A DNA stretch of 62,918 nucleotides, counting the filler, from Hausera hauseri (Eukaryota), in assembly GCA_046269625.1 (NCBI GenBank). It is 11 parts of 11 records of this genome, joined end to end, with 100 filler letters (N's around TTAATTAATTAA, not from the genome) between each part and the next. Parts side by side here need not be neighbours in the genome. Positions count along the whole stretch, not along the records: positions 50,251 to 58,622 come from JBJURY010668774.1; positions 58,723 to 62,918 come from JBJURY010707659.1; 9 more parts are not named here. One strand, given 5' to 3'. Below, in pieces: positions 50,251-62,805 of the stretch. A model generated the notes under the pieces. The model was not told the origin of the DNA. It worked only from the letters and a program-made list of their open reading frames with translations, and did not search any database. The position numbers were made by a program, and so were the translations under genes. The first letter of the stretch is position 1, and each line of letters starts with the position of its first letter.

Positions 50251-52530
50251 TTTCGCGACGAAATATGAATTAAAAGTTCCTGAGTATTCTCCCATTGAAA
50301 ACATCCACAGACATCAATCGGAACTGTCTTCTGAAGTCCTTTTCGTCGTTCCAGTATCGTCCCAAAATCGGATGCCAACAATAGTGAATTGTTAACAATT
50401 CTCATTACCAAACCGGTTTCACCAATTTTTGCAATGCTATCGAACGAAATCGAATCCAATGGCACAAAGACGTTAGTCTTATCCATTATTTTCAATTCCA
50501 TATCGGGTTCCCTCTCCCGTTTTGATTTATCCACATTGAAATTCGTAACATTCCACGCAAAAATCCCATCCATGCAACCAGCAACAAGATAGTTGTAATG
50601 ATCAAAAAAGACCAGATCCAAAACCGAATTCAAATCCAAACGAGGACACCGAAATCTCGATAATATCATGAAGTGCTGCATCGTACTGCCATTAGTCATC
50701 GGCACACCGATATCCCACATTAACACTGATGCTTTGGCGTCACCACTGAAGAGAATTTGAGGTTGAGATGGATGGAAGAGCAGAGCAGTGATGTCTTCTG
50801 TATGACCGGTCATATCGCAATACTTCACCGTATCAATGTAAAACATTCGGATTTCTCGTAATTTTCCTCCAGCAACTAGGATGTTTACTTTCTCACCACG
50901 GGCCGTGGCGAGCGTGGTCCAAGCCAGAGTCATAAATTCCTACGAACATAGAAATCTGTAACCTGTCAAAATCGCGTACTTCTCCTTCTCGTCGGAATTT
51001 TCGTTCAACAATGTTGTTTTGTTTAGAGCATTTGATTAAACAAACGTATTCGCTCCCGCATGTGGCAATTCGATGAGTAGTGGCATTTCGGTAATTCGGG
51101 TTCAGTTCGAATTGACTTTTCCAAATTTTGACGTTTTTCATTTCATTATACTGTCCGGAATCTTCTTTTCCGTGACATCTCAGAAACTCTATTGAATCGT
51201 AGTCGATTAAGCCGTCTTTAATTTTGTTTTGAATACAGACGTCTGTTAAAGTTCTAACATCTTTCTGATTACGATTTTTCGGACGTCCTGTCTATTTATT
51301 TGGCACATCAATATCTTGCCCTTCAATAGTTTCCATTTTCTTGCGTTTCGGTTTGACTTTGGGCGGTGTACCACGTCTCTTTTTATCACTGTCTATCGTA
51401 CTACTAGTTTTATTTTTATCCAGTACTCTTTCTCGAAGCGGATTTTTGACAGTTTTTTTTGTAAATATCCGATGCCATATAACCCTTGACGTAGTCTTTA
51501 TTTCTCATTTCATCCGGCAGAAAATCAGCCAATGGTTGGCATTTGACTTTGCCTGGTGAAAAGATTATGAAAACTACGCAGCGCTTTTCGGTTAATGTCC
51601 GACCGATATGAAACGATGGAACCACATCCTGGCAAATGTACTGAGTTATTTGGCCATTGGGATCAGATCCAAGAAAATGTGTCTCTTTAACTTCATCCTG
51701 TACGTTTTTTCCTAAAATCTCGTCAATTTCCTGTTGCATTTCTGAACACTGTGGAGTAATCTTCAATGTATTTCTGTACGATTGCGTTTTTGTCAACGTT
51801 ATTCAAATCGCACTCGCAGAATAAACCAGAATACTCCTTTGGATCGATGTTTTCATCTTCCACTAAACAATCTTCTGTTTCCAATATTTGCGATTTAAAA
51901 TAATTTTCCATAAAATTCAAAATCAAAAGATCCTTGTACTTTTCCTAATTTTCATCTAATGAAAGACTTTCATATTTCATATCTTTAATGAGCAGTTTAA
52001 TCAATCCCAACTTTTCGCTCGTCGTTTTCATTAAACGATATCTATTTACGTATTCCATACTCCATCGTCTTTCAATCTTCAGTTGCAACGGCTGTTGTAG
52101 CGCGCAATTCATTTCATTCACCATACTTTCCCGATTTTTAACAACGAACACATTCCCATTTAACACTTGAATTTCGGACAGAAATAGACCAAACTGGAAA
52201 AATCCAACGTCTTCAGATAGCAATCATCAATTTTGAGGTCAAGTAATTGGAGAAACTGTTCAATAAATAGAGTCGTTCGGAAATAATTGTCGTTGATGTA
52301 CAGACATCTGAGTGATGGAAAATATAGATCCTTGGGAAAGTCGTTGAGAAGGTTATTGGACAGATCAAGAACTTGTAAATTAATACATTGACTCAAGTCG
52401 TCGATGTTTATTCTCGTATAATTTCTGAATGATAGATTCAAAACTTTGACGTCTTTCAGATTCGAACATTTTGAATGCATAAGAATATCCTCTGCTGAAA
52501 TAACTGAGTCAATTTGCTCTACGGTCATGT
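50251..52530 (-). pseudogene. LRWD1: LRWD1/ORCA-like LRR + WD40 gene, frameshifted, 3' end cut by the contig edge
   Basis: N-terminal LRRs (VKVLNLS...LQVLDLSNNLLNDFP...EQFLQLLDL); WD40 part FLRCHG...IWKSQFE...IATCGSEYVCLI...LAWTTL...GHTEDITALLFHP...VLMWDIGVP matches LRWD1. A short intron near 50940-50980; several frame changes. Confidence 0.8.
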
Positions 52531-52769
52531 CAATTGGAGTATCTGTTTGTATCCTTCTGACAAAATCCCACTTCTGACACTATTGTGGGTTCACAATTTT
52601 AATTATTTCCACCATTTAAGAAAAGCACGGAAATATATCCACAAATTTTATTTTAAATTCCAAAATTCAATTATCAATAATAATTTTGATATTCATATAC
52701 AGATTTAAAAACATATAAACATACACACATATATACATATTTATATACAGTTCATATTACATCTTGAGA

Positions 52770-55200
52770 ATTTTGTAATGCTGAGTTTTGAATATTCGAT
52801 GAATATTTTTGTTTTGGCAGAACAACAAGAAAACACTCGAGCAAAACTTTTGTTGAGGTATTGGTTAACCTGCCTTTGAACTTTGTTTCATATATCGCTT
52901 GTCGTTATATTGTTAGAGAATCTCTCAATCTCAAACAGGAATCCACAAATTCAAATTGTTGTAGTTTTGATGAGACACCAAGACACGACGAGACAAAACG
53001 ACAAAATGCATCAATTCGTCGGCACAACAATTAATAACAAATAAAAAAATATGTAAAGGTCCTTGTTGGGCACAACATTAACCGCCCCCCCTCCCCCCGT
53101 GGCAAAGCAAAGAATGGAGAGGTAAGAAAGTAGAAAATGGGTAGAAACTGTATATGCAGTCTAAGAGGTTTTGTGTGGGTAAGACGTTGTACTCCTGCAG
53201 TGTTTATCTCCTTGTTTTAGGTCCTAAAGGTGACTGATTTGTGAATTTTCAATGTCATGGTTCCTGCTTGTGCAGGTGATTGAGATACAGTAAAATCGAA
53301 TTTGGTCGTGTTAGGTGTTGTTTCATACAAAGACGGGGAAGGAGATGGAGGATAAGATGTAGGAGAAGAGGGGGTAAATGTTGTTAGGGTAGTAGAATCG
53401 GAGATTGGAGGAGGTTATGGTAGAGAAGTAGAAATAGGGGTCGGCTTGGAAATGGGTGCAGGTGGTGGAGGAACTGAAGGAAGAAAAGGTGGAGGAGTGA
53501 AAAAGGAGGTAGAAGATTTAATTTGGGGAATATCATCTACGAAAAAGGCAGGCTTTACGTTGTTGATATGTACTGTTAGTTCCTTACCGTCTTTAGAAAT
53601 AATTGCATTGTGGGAATGCAATTGAATGAGTTTGTAGGGCCACAAATACCGTGGTTGAAAACCGCACGGCGTCTGGTTTTTCAGCCAGACGAACTTTGCC
53701 AAATATAAATTCTCCGATAAGTACGTTTTATTGTTATTTACGATCCTGCAGAAGGAATCTTTACTAACTGAGATAAAATGGTCCTGTGCCGTTCGGATAG
53801 CTTCGTCTGTAGGTGTATCTTCCAAGGCAGTTAACTCAAATAATGGACGTACAGGTGTTTCGAAAAGAGCTTCCGAAGGTGAACAGCCAGTAGAAGTAGA
53901 AGGGGTGTTACGCCAACCCAGAAGAACCAACGAAAGAAGAGTAGTCCAACTGCTGTTGAATTCTGCTAGTATTCTCAGTGACATTTTTAGTGTTCTGTGG
54001 AATCTCTCTAAAAGACCGTTCGATTGGGGGTGATACGGTGATGTGTGAATATGGCTGATTCCTAATCTGTTAACGAGCGATTTAAACAAATTGTACTCGA
54101 ACTGAGTACCTTGGTCTATAAGAATAAATCTAGGAGATCCAAATTTGCTGATCCAAGTGCGTATGAAAATGTCGGCTATTGTGTCCGTGTTAGTGCTCCG
54201 TAGTGGGACAGCTTCTGGCCAACGTAAGAAACGATCCATCATTGTTAAAATGAACTGATGGCTATTGTCAGGAAGAAGAGGACCAACGAGATCAACATGA
54301 ACAAATCCGAAACGTAATGTTCAAGGGAAATGATAAAATGGTGGCTTCAAATGTTTGGTGATTTTAAATTTCTGGCAGGCCACGCACTCCTTAACCCACG
54401 CTTCACACCAAAACGCATAGTCGATAATATTACTTGCCGGTGGAGTAAGCGAAAAGTTGCATTAGCACCAGGATGGTGCAATGAATGTACACTGTTAAAC
54501 GCTTGCCGTTGTAAAGGTGGTGCGAGAATTATTACGGAATGACATGGTTTAAAAATGTCTAAAGCCACGCCGTCAACAATTGTGTAAGACTTAAAAGAAT
54601 TAAGCATGTCCTGAGGTGGCCAGTTTTGTTGTAGTTGTACTTGAGAGAAGATTGGTGAAAAATTAATTGTACCAACCGTTCTGCATAAGAAATCGGCGAC
54701 TAAATTATTAACGCCGTTGATATGTTTGATATGGAAACTAAATGTTTATAGATACGATATGCGTCGCTCTTGACGTGTAGATGGGTGTTTCATAGACATA
54801 ATATTGACTAAAGGTTTGTGATCAATTTGAATAACAAAACTGCGATCTGTAAGTGGGAGAAATGTTTTAAGGTCAAAACTATGGCTAGTAGTTCTCCATC
54901 GAATGTAGAATACTTAGTTTCTGGTGGTGTTAATTTTCTAGAAAAAAATTTGAGTGGTTGGTTTTCGCCTTTGTATAACTGATGTAACACAGCGTCTTCC
55001 GTCGTGGTTGAGGCGTCTGTGGTAAGAATAAGTTCAGCGGCCGGCTTAGGAAATGCCAGAATTTCTACGGTTTTGAGGCCTTCTCGCAGTTTGTCAAACT
55101 TATCAAGAAAATCAGGTGTTCATTGGTTAGGTTAATGTTTTTTGCCGCCACTTAAGTCAGCAAATGGTGCTGTAAGTTTAGAGCAGTACGGCACATACTG
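52770..55200 (-). mobile_element. Ty3/Gypsy RNase H-integrase fragment with PPT and probable 3' LTR
   Basis: TTDAST...KYSTFDGELLAI; HSLHHPG; RWPEAVPL...DQGTQFE...SPYHPQSNGLLERFHRTLK. PPT GCCACGGGGGGAGGGGGGG (minus 53103-53085), then TGTTGTGCC at 53077. Confidence 0.9.
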
Positions 55201-55204
55201 CTAA

Positions 55205-55923
55205 TGAGGCCGAATATTTGATGAATATTTGATTCTTGGCAGAATAACAAGAAAACATTCGATCAAAACTTTGTGGTATTACACTTATTAAAGTAAAATC
55301 TGGTTGGTTAATGTAGATAGGTTGATAATACTACATTATATGTCTGCTAAAAGTAATCGGTGGATCAACAAAATTTTATCCGATGATGTTGACTGTCAGT
55401 CTTATTTGCCAACTGATTCGTTCAATGGTAACTTTAATGCTAGAAACCATCGACGAAAGAGCCATAAATATAACTGATGAGGTGAAGAACGATTTCGTCT
55501 GGAAATGAACAATCTGTGTCTCATGGTGACGACATTACTATGTCGAGGAGCCAATATGGGGAATATTAGCATAAATGAAATACATAGTGACAATAAATTT
55601 TCGATTCTCGACACAATTTAGAAACTAATAAAGATTGGGACTTATTTGTTTGAAATTAGATTGTTTGTCTGACGTTAGAATATGGACGAACTTCCTGAGA
55701 CATCTTAGAGATTCTTTAACTCTAGATCACTGTAATTTTGGATTGTTGCTGTACGGATCTGACGGTTGCACATAAATATAGCTATGATCTGTCACGGTGA
55801 TAAAACCATAATCATGCATTGAGTTGTCGACAAAACAAAAAAAATAAAATAATAAAAAAAATTAACAATGAATGAGAAAACAATAAAAAAATCAAGGTAG
55901 CACGACACTTGTTTGGCACAACA
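55205..55923 (-). repeat. LTR-like sequence related to 52790-53077
   Basis: Both begin TGTTGTGCC[A/C]AACAAG on the minus strand and share a ~60-nt block (52790-52850 vs 55213-55272). Confidence 0.5.
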
Positions 55924-56419
55924 AGATGGTGTGAAATATTTTATTTAAAACATGTTGTCATGTTTAAGTCGTTGATGTACAACGTTGTGTAGCCACCATT
56001 TGACTCACCACTTTTGCTCGTTTTGCCCCGGTTTGGATCAATAAAGCAAGACGATTTCTGGAAAGGGCAGAACTATGTCCAGAGGTTGGCCAATCCATAG
56101 TTTTTGCGATGACACAGAAGGCTTCCAAAAGTCTATAATTGGCTAGATACCTCATAATCAAAATTAGATGAAGCCAAACAACAAAGGTCATTCAGAAATG
56201 AAATACTGATCATTTGTTCTTCAGTGGCTTTGTTATATATTGGGGTGGCCCTTAACGATCTCCCACTATATAACAGTATTTTGCTCTTGAATTTGAATAA
56301 CTTACGCAGATTCGATTTAACGTTCTCGTTAAATGAATGTGCCAATATGTGACGAGTTTGATAATGTGGGTACTGCTTGCCGTATCCTGTGCACGGTTTA
56401 ATTAAAAAATTTTCGTACT

Positions 56420-57016
56420 TATGTAATTTTAAGTGAAATTTTAACCTTTATATCGTCGAATCAGCCTTAAGAACCGAAGAGAAACTATATAGGGAATTTA
56501 GAACAAGTAATTCACACTTACAATATAATAAACCAATACAGATATCGTCACTCTCAATAATCGTCAATAATGTCGAATAGTGAATTTGCCAGATAGACTT
56601 CGGTTTTCAAAAGACTGTGCTCTCGTCCACTCTTTAATTTTAAATTAACGAATTTTTCTCAACTTTGCCTTCACAACCGACTCCTAAGTCGATAAAAGAT
56701 ATCCCTATACTGCCAGGAGCATTGACTTAAATAGTAGTCTACCGTGTAGGCGTTTTATTAACCTTTCAATTTTTAAATTAAATACGTACAGTTTCTTTGG
56801 CTATTAAATTCGTTACACTGATTAATAAATCAATGAAATTAATAAATAATATGTACAATTCTACTACTATTCAATTTCAATTCTGTAACTATTTAATTCA
56901 TCAATAATTAATATGTACAATGGTAGTGGCAACCTATTCTTCACGATGTGTTTAATCTGACAACAATAGCTGATCTGATTGATAGTGATAAGTGATTTAC
57001 AACATTTCTCCTCCCT
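56420..57016 (-). repeat. Candidate PPT (57016-57005) and 3' LTR starting TGTTGTAA at 57004; far end uncertain
   Basis: 12-nt purine run directly before TG; minus-strand AATAAA at 56759-56754; non-coding AT-rich sequence follows. Confidence 0.5.
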
Positions 57017-58622
57017 GAGCGACATCCTCGGATGTGCCCATTGCGTCAGGAGAAGTGGCGCCATGTGACCTAGGATCTCTTAGCCGGTCCATCCTTTCTT
57101 GCAAGTCTGATGGGGAGTCTGACCTATCTTGGCTCGTTGAGGGTCTGGTTTCGAAACTATAACTATAATGGGGTTTTATTCTAACCACTCGAGTGTAACT
57201 TCCATTCGAATAATATTTTAACTCGGTGGCTTCTGCACGGCATACTGGGCATGTGGTTTTTCCGTTATCTAGGGTCCATTTTTCTAAGCAATCCCTGCAA
57301 TACTTATGCCGGCAATTCTTATTATCTAATATCACGTATCCCTGTTGCAGGTTTGCTTCGCATACGGGGCATTCATTTTCTTCCTTGCCCCAATCATCTC
57401 GATCTAAGTTGACTTGGATTACCACTTCGATTGGTTTGACAACAATTCCATCTCTGTCTTGATATAGGTACCCGTGGATCCTCTTTTGTTTTGGATTGAC
57501 TGAACTTTTTCTTGGGTCACAATCCACCTGGATTAGTGTCCAGTCCGTTACGAATTCTCGATCTAAGTCGGGAATCTGCCCTTCTACCTTATATTTCTGG
57601 TATTGTTTCTTAAGTAAAATTCTGATCTGCTTGTTTACTGGGACTACTATTTTCCCAGTTCTTTTGGATTGGAAAATCGACGTAAGATAGTTACCGAGTT
57701 TGGGGTTTTCCCAGATGTATGTGTTCTCAAAAACCTCTCTCGCCGGAGCCATCTTTACATAAAATACGGCTTCTTTAATCATTTTCTTGCTATAATATTT
57801 TGTGGTGACTAACATTCTAGGGAAATTTTGAGTCGTTTTGTGGTGCACGTTTCCTTTGTCTTTCCTTTTTACTAAAAAATTGACTTCTTTTATTGTAGGG
57901 CTTTGAACTTTCTTTTGAACGAAATTTGTTTGCTTTGATGTGCTTGGTTGGTTTGACAGTTCTTCTTCCTCTCCTACTTGATTCTCTTTTCTTTTCTTAA
58001 ATAAGTAGTTATAAATGGATAGGGTTCTCTTGGTTTTAGTTGGTATTTTTGTTTTGATTTCGTCCAGCTTCTGTAGAGGTTCCATCGATTGTTTTGTTGT
58101 CGGCTTGGGATGAATTTCTTTTTGTTCTTCTGTCGGTTTTTGTACTGTAATTGTGAGGTTGTTTCCCCCTCTTGGTTTAATGACTTGCATTGGAGAATAT
58201 GATTTGATATCTCGACGGTATTGATTGTCTATATTTTCGGGTGTTATGGAACTCTGTAAGTTATTCATTGGACTTCTGGGGGCCCATTCATGTTCCCATC
58301 TAAGAGATTTATTTATCTCCTGCAAATAGTGAGAACGTTGTCGAGTTGATACACATCTTGGGATTCTGTTAGGATCCTGAATCATGGCTTCTATCATTAA
58401 CTTTAAAAAGGCTTCAGGCGCTGTTGACTGATTCCTGCCTTTTGCGGTTTCCTCCATCCTTTTCTGAACTACTGGATGGGCAGCTATTTCCCTAAATCCG
58501 GCAATATTTGCATCGGATATCCCTAATAGCTTTAGTTCTCCCCGTACATGGTATCCCGCTACCATACATCCGTAGAGACAGTGTTCTACTTCGCGGCGAA
58601 CTTGCCTTATGTCCTTTCCGTT
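56997..58622 (-). CDS. Intact intronless ORF (>=541 aa, open to contig end) with C-terminal C3HC4 RING finger; probable last ORF of an LTR element
   Basis: CPVC...CRHKYCRDC...W.......CPVCR. The last codons (cAGGGAGGAGAAA TGTTGTAA) form a polypurine tract followed by TG. Confidence 0.75.
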   Translation of the reverse strand, partial: NGKDIRQVRREVEHCLYGCMVAGYHVRGELKLLGISDANIAGFREIAAHPVVQKRMEETAKGRNQSTAPEAFLKLMIEAMIQDPNRIPRCVSTRQRSHYLQEINKSLRWEHEWAPRSPMNNLQSSITPENIDNQYRRDIKSYSPMQVIKPRGGNNLTITVQKPTEEQKEIHPKPTTKQSMEPLQKLDEIKTKIPTKTKRTLSIYNYLFKKRKENQVGEEEELSNQPSTSKQTNFVQKKVQSPTIKEVNFLVKRKDKGNVHHKTTQNFPRMLVTTKYYSKKMIKEAVFYVKMAPAREVFENTYIWENPKLGNYLTSIFQSKRTGKIVVPVNKQIRILLKKQYQKYKVEGQIPDLDREFVTDWTLIQVDCDPRKSSVNPKQKRIHGYLYQDRDGIVVKPIEVVIQVNLDRDDWGKEENECPVCEANLQQGYVILDNKNCRHKYCRDCLEKWTLDNGKTTCPVCRAEATELKYYSNGSYTRVVRIKPHYSYSFETRPSTSQDRSDSPSDLQERMDRLRDPRSHGATSPDAMGTSEDVAQGGEML

Positions 58623-58739
58623 NNNNNNNNNNNNNNNNNNNNNNNNNNNNNNNNNNNNNNNNNNNNTTAATTAATTAANNNNNNNNNNNNNNNNNNNNNN
58701 NNNNNNNNNNNNNNNNNNNNNNCGTCTGGCAAAAAAAGG

Positions 58740-59100
58740 TAGCCATTTGTTCGCCAAGTACTGCTTTTCCATTTTGTGCAAGTGTCGAAATACTGTAGTG
58801 TGAGACAACGACAGCTCTTCTGCCATATTACGAGATGTAGCATATTTGTCGTATGTCAGAAACTCTTTGATTCGATCTCTACAACATCTTTAACCAATGG
58901 TCGCCCACTTCTCTCTTCATCGTCAACGACAAAATTACCAACAATGAATTTTGCAATTATTCGCTGGCAGTTTCTCGCAGACACAGTGCCGGTGCCAAGC
59001 ACGGAGTTAATCTTCTTCTCAATTGCTAGCGCATTCATTTTATCTTCCCACAAAAATATGTCAGCATTATCAAGTCGATTCGCTTAAACTCCATCATGTG
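58740..59100 (-). mobile_element. Mariner transposase N-terminal HTH remnant
   Basis: NALAIEKKINSVLGTGTVSARNCQRIIAKFIVGNFVVDDEERSGRP fits the mariner I..V.G...VS.R..QRWF.KF..G.F...D..RSGRP pattern. Confidence 0.75.
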
Positions 59101-59334
59101 CCACAAAATAATATTTTTAAATGATAGCTATCTGAAATAATTATTTAATTATAAGATAAAGATAAAACATTTAAAAAGGATTTAGTAATGCATTTAAACT
59201 AAACATTTCTTCATAAAACATTGAAATTTTTTAGATTTACAGACGATTGATGTTTTGTTTATATTTCCAATTTACATATTGTCTTTCGAATATAAATTAT
59301 AGCTGGTAGCTCGAGCGCAGTTATGAATAAGGAC

Positions 59335-62300
59335 CACGAGTGAGATGTGGTTAAAGTTGTGGCAATGAAAGGTGTTGAGAGATGTAGTAGTGAAAGGTAT
59401 TGAGAGGTATGGTGGTGAAAGGTGTTGTAGTGATAGGTGTTGAGATGTGTGGTGATGTAAGGTGTTGAGAGGTGAGGTGGTGAAAGATGTGGTAGTGAAA
59501 GGTGTTGAGATGTTTGGTGATGTAAGGTGTTGAGAGATGTGGTGGAGTAAGGTATTGAGAGGTGTGGTGGTGAAAGTTATTGTAGTGAAAGGTGTCGAGA
59601 GTTGTTGTGGTAAAAAGTGTGGAGTGAAAGTTGTTGATAGATGTGGTGATGTAGGGTGTTGAGAGGTGTGGTGGTGAAACGTGTTGAAAGTCGTTCTGGT
59701 CAAAGATGTTGTGGTGAAAGGTGTTGAGAGTTGTGGTGGTTTAAGGTGTCGAGAGTTTTTGTGGTGAAAGGTGTGGTACTGAAAGTTTATGAGAGGTGTG
59801 GTGATGTAGGGTGTTGAAAGGTGTTGAGAGTCGTTCTTGTAAAAGGTGTGGTATGGAAAGGTGTTAAGATGTGTGGTGGTGTAAGATGTTGAGACGTGTC
59901 GTAGAGTGAGGAGTTGAGAAGCATGGTGGTGAAACTTGTTGTAGTGAAAGGTGTTGAGATGTGTGGTGGTGTAAGGTGTCGAGAGTTTTTGTGGTGAAAG
60001 GTGTGGTACTGAAAGTTGTTGAGATGTGCAATTATGTATGGTGTTGAGAGTTGTGGTGGTGAAAGGTGTCGAGAGTTGTTGTGATAAAAGTTGTGGTAGT
60101 GAAAATTGTTGAGAGGTGTGGTGATGTAGGGTGTTGAGAGGTGAGGTGATTATAGTTGTGGTAATGAAGGGTGTTGAATGGTGTGGTGGTGTAAGGTGTT
60201 GAGTGGTGTGGTGAAGTAAGGTGTTGAAAGATGTGGTGGAGTAAGGTGTTGAGAGTTGTGGTGGTGAAAAGTGTGGAGTGAAAGTTGTTGATAGGTGTGG
60301 TGATGTAGGGTGTTGAGAGGTGTGGTGGTTTAAGGTGTTGAAAGTTGTGGTGGTGAAAGGTGTTGAGAGTCGTTCTGGTGAAAGTTGTGGTATTGAAAGA
60401 TATTGGGAAGTGTGGTGTTGTAAGTTGTTGAGAGGTGAGGTGGTGAAATATCTGATAGTAAAAGGTGTTGAGATGTGTGGTGGTTTAAGCTGTTAAGAGT
60501 TGTTTTGGTGAAAATGTGGTAGTGAAAGTTGTTGAGAGTTGTTGTGATGTAGGGTGTTGAGAGGTGAGGTGATGAAAGGTGTCGTAGTGAAAGTGTTGAG
60601 ACGTGTGGTTGTTTAACGTGTTGAGATGTGAGGTAGAGGAAGATGTGGTTGTGAAAGTTGTTCAGTGGTGTGTTGATGTAGGGCGATAAGAACTGAGGTG
60701 GTTAAAGGTGTGGCAGTGAAAGGAGTTGAATGGTGTGGTGGTATAAGTTGTTGAGATGTGAGGTGGAGAAAGGTGTGGTAGTGAAAGGTTTTGAGAGGTA
60801 TGGTGGTGTAAGACGTTGAGAGGTGTGGGTGTGAAAGTTTTGGTTGTGAAATGTGATGAGAATTATGGTGGTGTAAAGTGCTGTATTGAAAGGAGTTGAG
60901 AGGTATTGTAGTGTAAGTTGTTGAGAGGTGTGATGGTGAGGGGTGTTTCAGTGAAATGTATTGAGAGTTGTGTAGGTGTAACGTGTTGAGAGGTGAGGTG
61001 GTTAAAGCTGTGGAATTGAAAGGTGTTGAGTAGTGTGGTCCTGTAAATTGGGGTAGTGAAAAGTGTCGAGAGGTATTGTGGTTATGTTGTTGAGCGGTGT
61101 GATGGTGAAAGGTGATGATAATTATGGTAGTGTAAGGTGTTGAGAGGTGAGGTATTGAAAGCTGTGGTAGCAAAAATGTTGAGAGTTGTCCTGGGTTAAG
61201 GAGTTTTCCCGTGTGGTGTAAAAGATGTTGTAGTAAAAAGTGTTGAGAGGTGTTGTGGTAAGACCTGTGTTACTGAAAGGTGTTTAGAGTTTTGGTGGTG
61301 AAAGTTGTGGTAGTGAAACATATTGAGTGGTGTTGTGGTGAAAGGTGTTGTAGTGAAAAGTGATGAGAAATGTTGTGGTGTAAGGTGTTGAGAGTTGTGA
61401 TGATGAAAAATATATTAGTGAAAATTGTGGAGAGTTGCGGTGGTGTAATGTGTAGAGAAGTGTGGTGGTGAAAGCTGCTGTAGTGAAAGGTGTTGAGATT
61501 TATGGTGGTGTAAGATGTTGAGAGTTGTGGTGTTGAATGATACTTTAGTGAAAGGTGCTGAGATGTGAGGTGGTGAAAGATGTTTTAGTGAAAGGTGTTG
61601 AAAGTTGTGGTGGTGTATGGTGTTGGGATCTGTGGGGGTGACAAGTGTTGTAGTGAAATGTGTCGAGAGGTGTGGTGGTAAAAGTTGTGGTAGTGAAAGA
61701 TGTTGAGAAATATGTTGATGTAATGTGTTATTGTGAAATGTGTGGAAAGTTGTTGTGGTGTAAGGTGTTGAGACGTGTGGTGGTGTAAGCTCTTGTAGTG
61801 AAAGTTGTTGAGAGTTGTGGTGGTGTAAGGTGTTGAGAGGTGTTGTGCTGAAAGGTGCCTTACTAAAATGTGTTGAGAGGTGTGGTGGTGTAAAATGTTG
61901 AGAGTTGTTGTGTTGAAAGGTGTTGTAGTGAAAGGTGTTGAGTGACGTGGTTGTGTAAGGTGTGGTAATGAAAGGTGTTGAGAGGTATGGTGTTGTAAAT
62001 TTTTGAAATGTGTGGTGGTGAAAGGTGTTGTAGGGAAAGGTGATGAGATGTATGGTGGTGTAAGTTGTAGAAAGCTATGCTGGTGAAAGATATTGTACTA
62101 AAAGTTGTTGAGAGGTGTGGTGGTGTAAATTGTTGAGAGGAGTTGTGGTAAATGTTGTTAGTGAAATTTGTTGAGAAATGTTGTGGTGAAATATGTGGTA
62201 GTGATAGGTCTTCAGATGTGTGGTAGTGTAAGTTGTTGAGAGGTGATGTGGTGAAAGGTGTGGTTGTAAATTGTGGTGAGACGTGTGGTAGTGTAAGGTG

Positions 62301-62805
62301 TTGGCAGTTGTGGTGATGAAAGATATTTTAGTAAAATATGTTGAGAGGTGTGGTGGTGAAAGTTGTGGTAGTGTAAGTGTTGAGTGGTGTGGTGGTGTAA
62401 GGTGTGGTAATAAAAGTATTGAGTGGTATGTTGGTGAAAGGTGTTGTAGTAAAAGATTTTGAGAGATTTGGTGGTGTAAATTGTTGAGTGGTGTTGTGGT
62501 GAAAGTTGTGGTAGTGAATATAAGGAGAGGTATAATGTAAGATATCGAGAGTTGTGGTGGTGAAAGTTGTGATAGTGAAATTTGACGAGATGTATGATGG
62601 TGTAAGATTTTGATTTTTGTGGCGGTGTAAGATGTGGTAATGAAAGATGTTGAGAGGTATGATGATGTAATGTGTTGAACGTTGTGGTGATGGAAGGTGT
62701 GGTAGTGAAATATGATAAAAGTATGGTAGTGTAATATGTTGAGAGCTGTGGTAATGTAATGTGTTGTAGTGAAAGGTCTTGAGAGGTGTGGTAGTGTAAG
62801 GTGAG
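59335..62805 (+). repeat. Degenerate GT-rich satellite
   Basis: Shuffled units of ~10 nt (GTGTTGAGAG) and ~15 nt (GTGTGGTGGTGAAAG / GTGTGGTGGTGTAAG); almost no C on the + strand over 3.5 kb. Confidence 0.95.

Noticed and set aside
59335-62805. CRISPR-like array
   Set aside because: No constant repeat with unique spacers, no cas genes, eukaryotic context.
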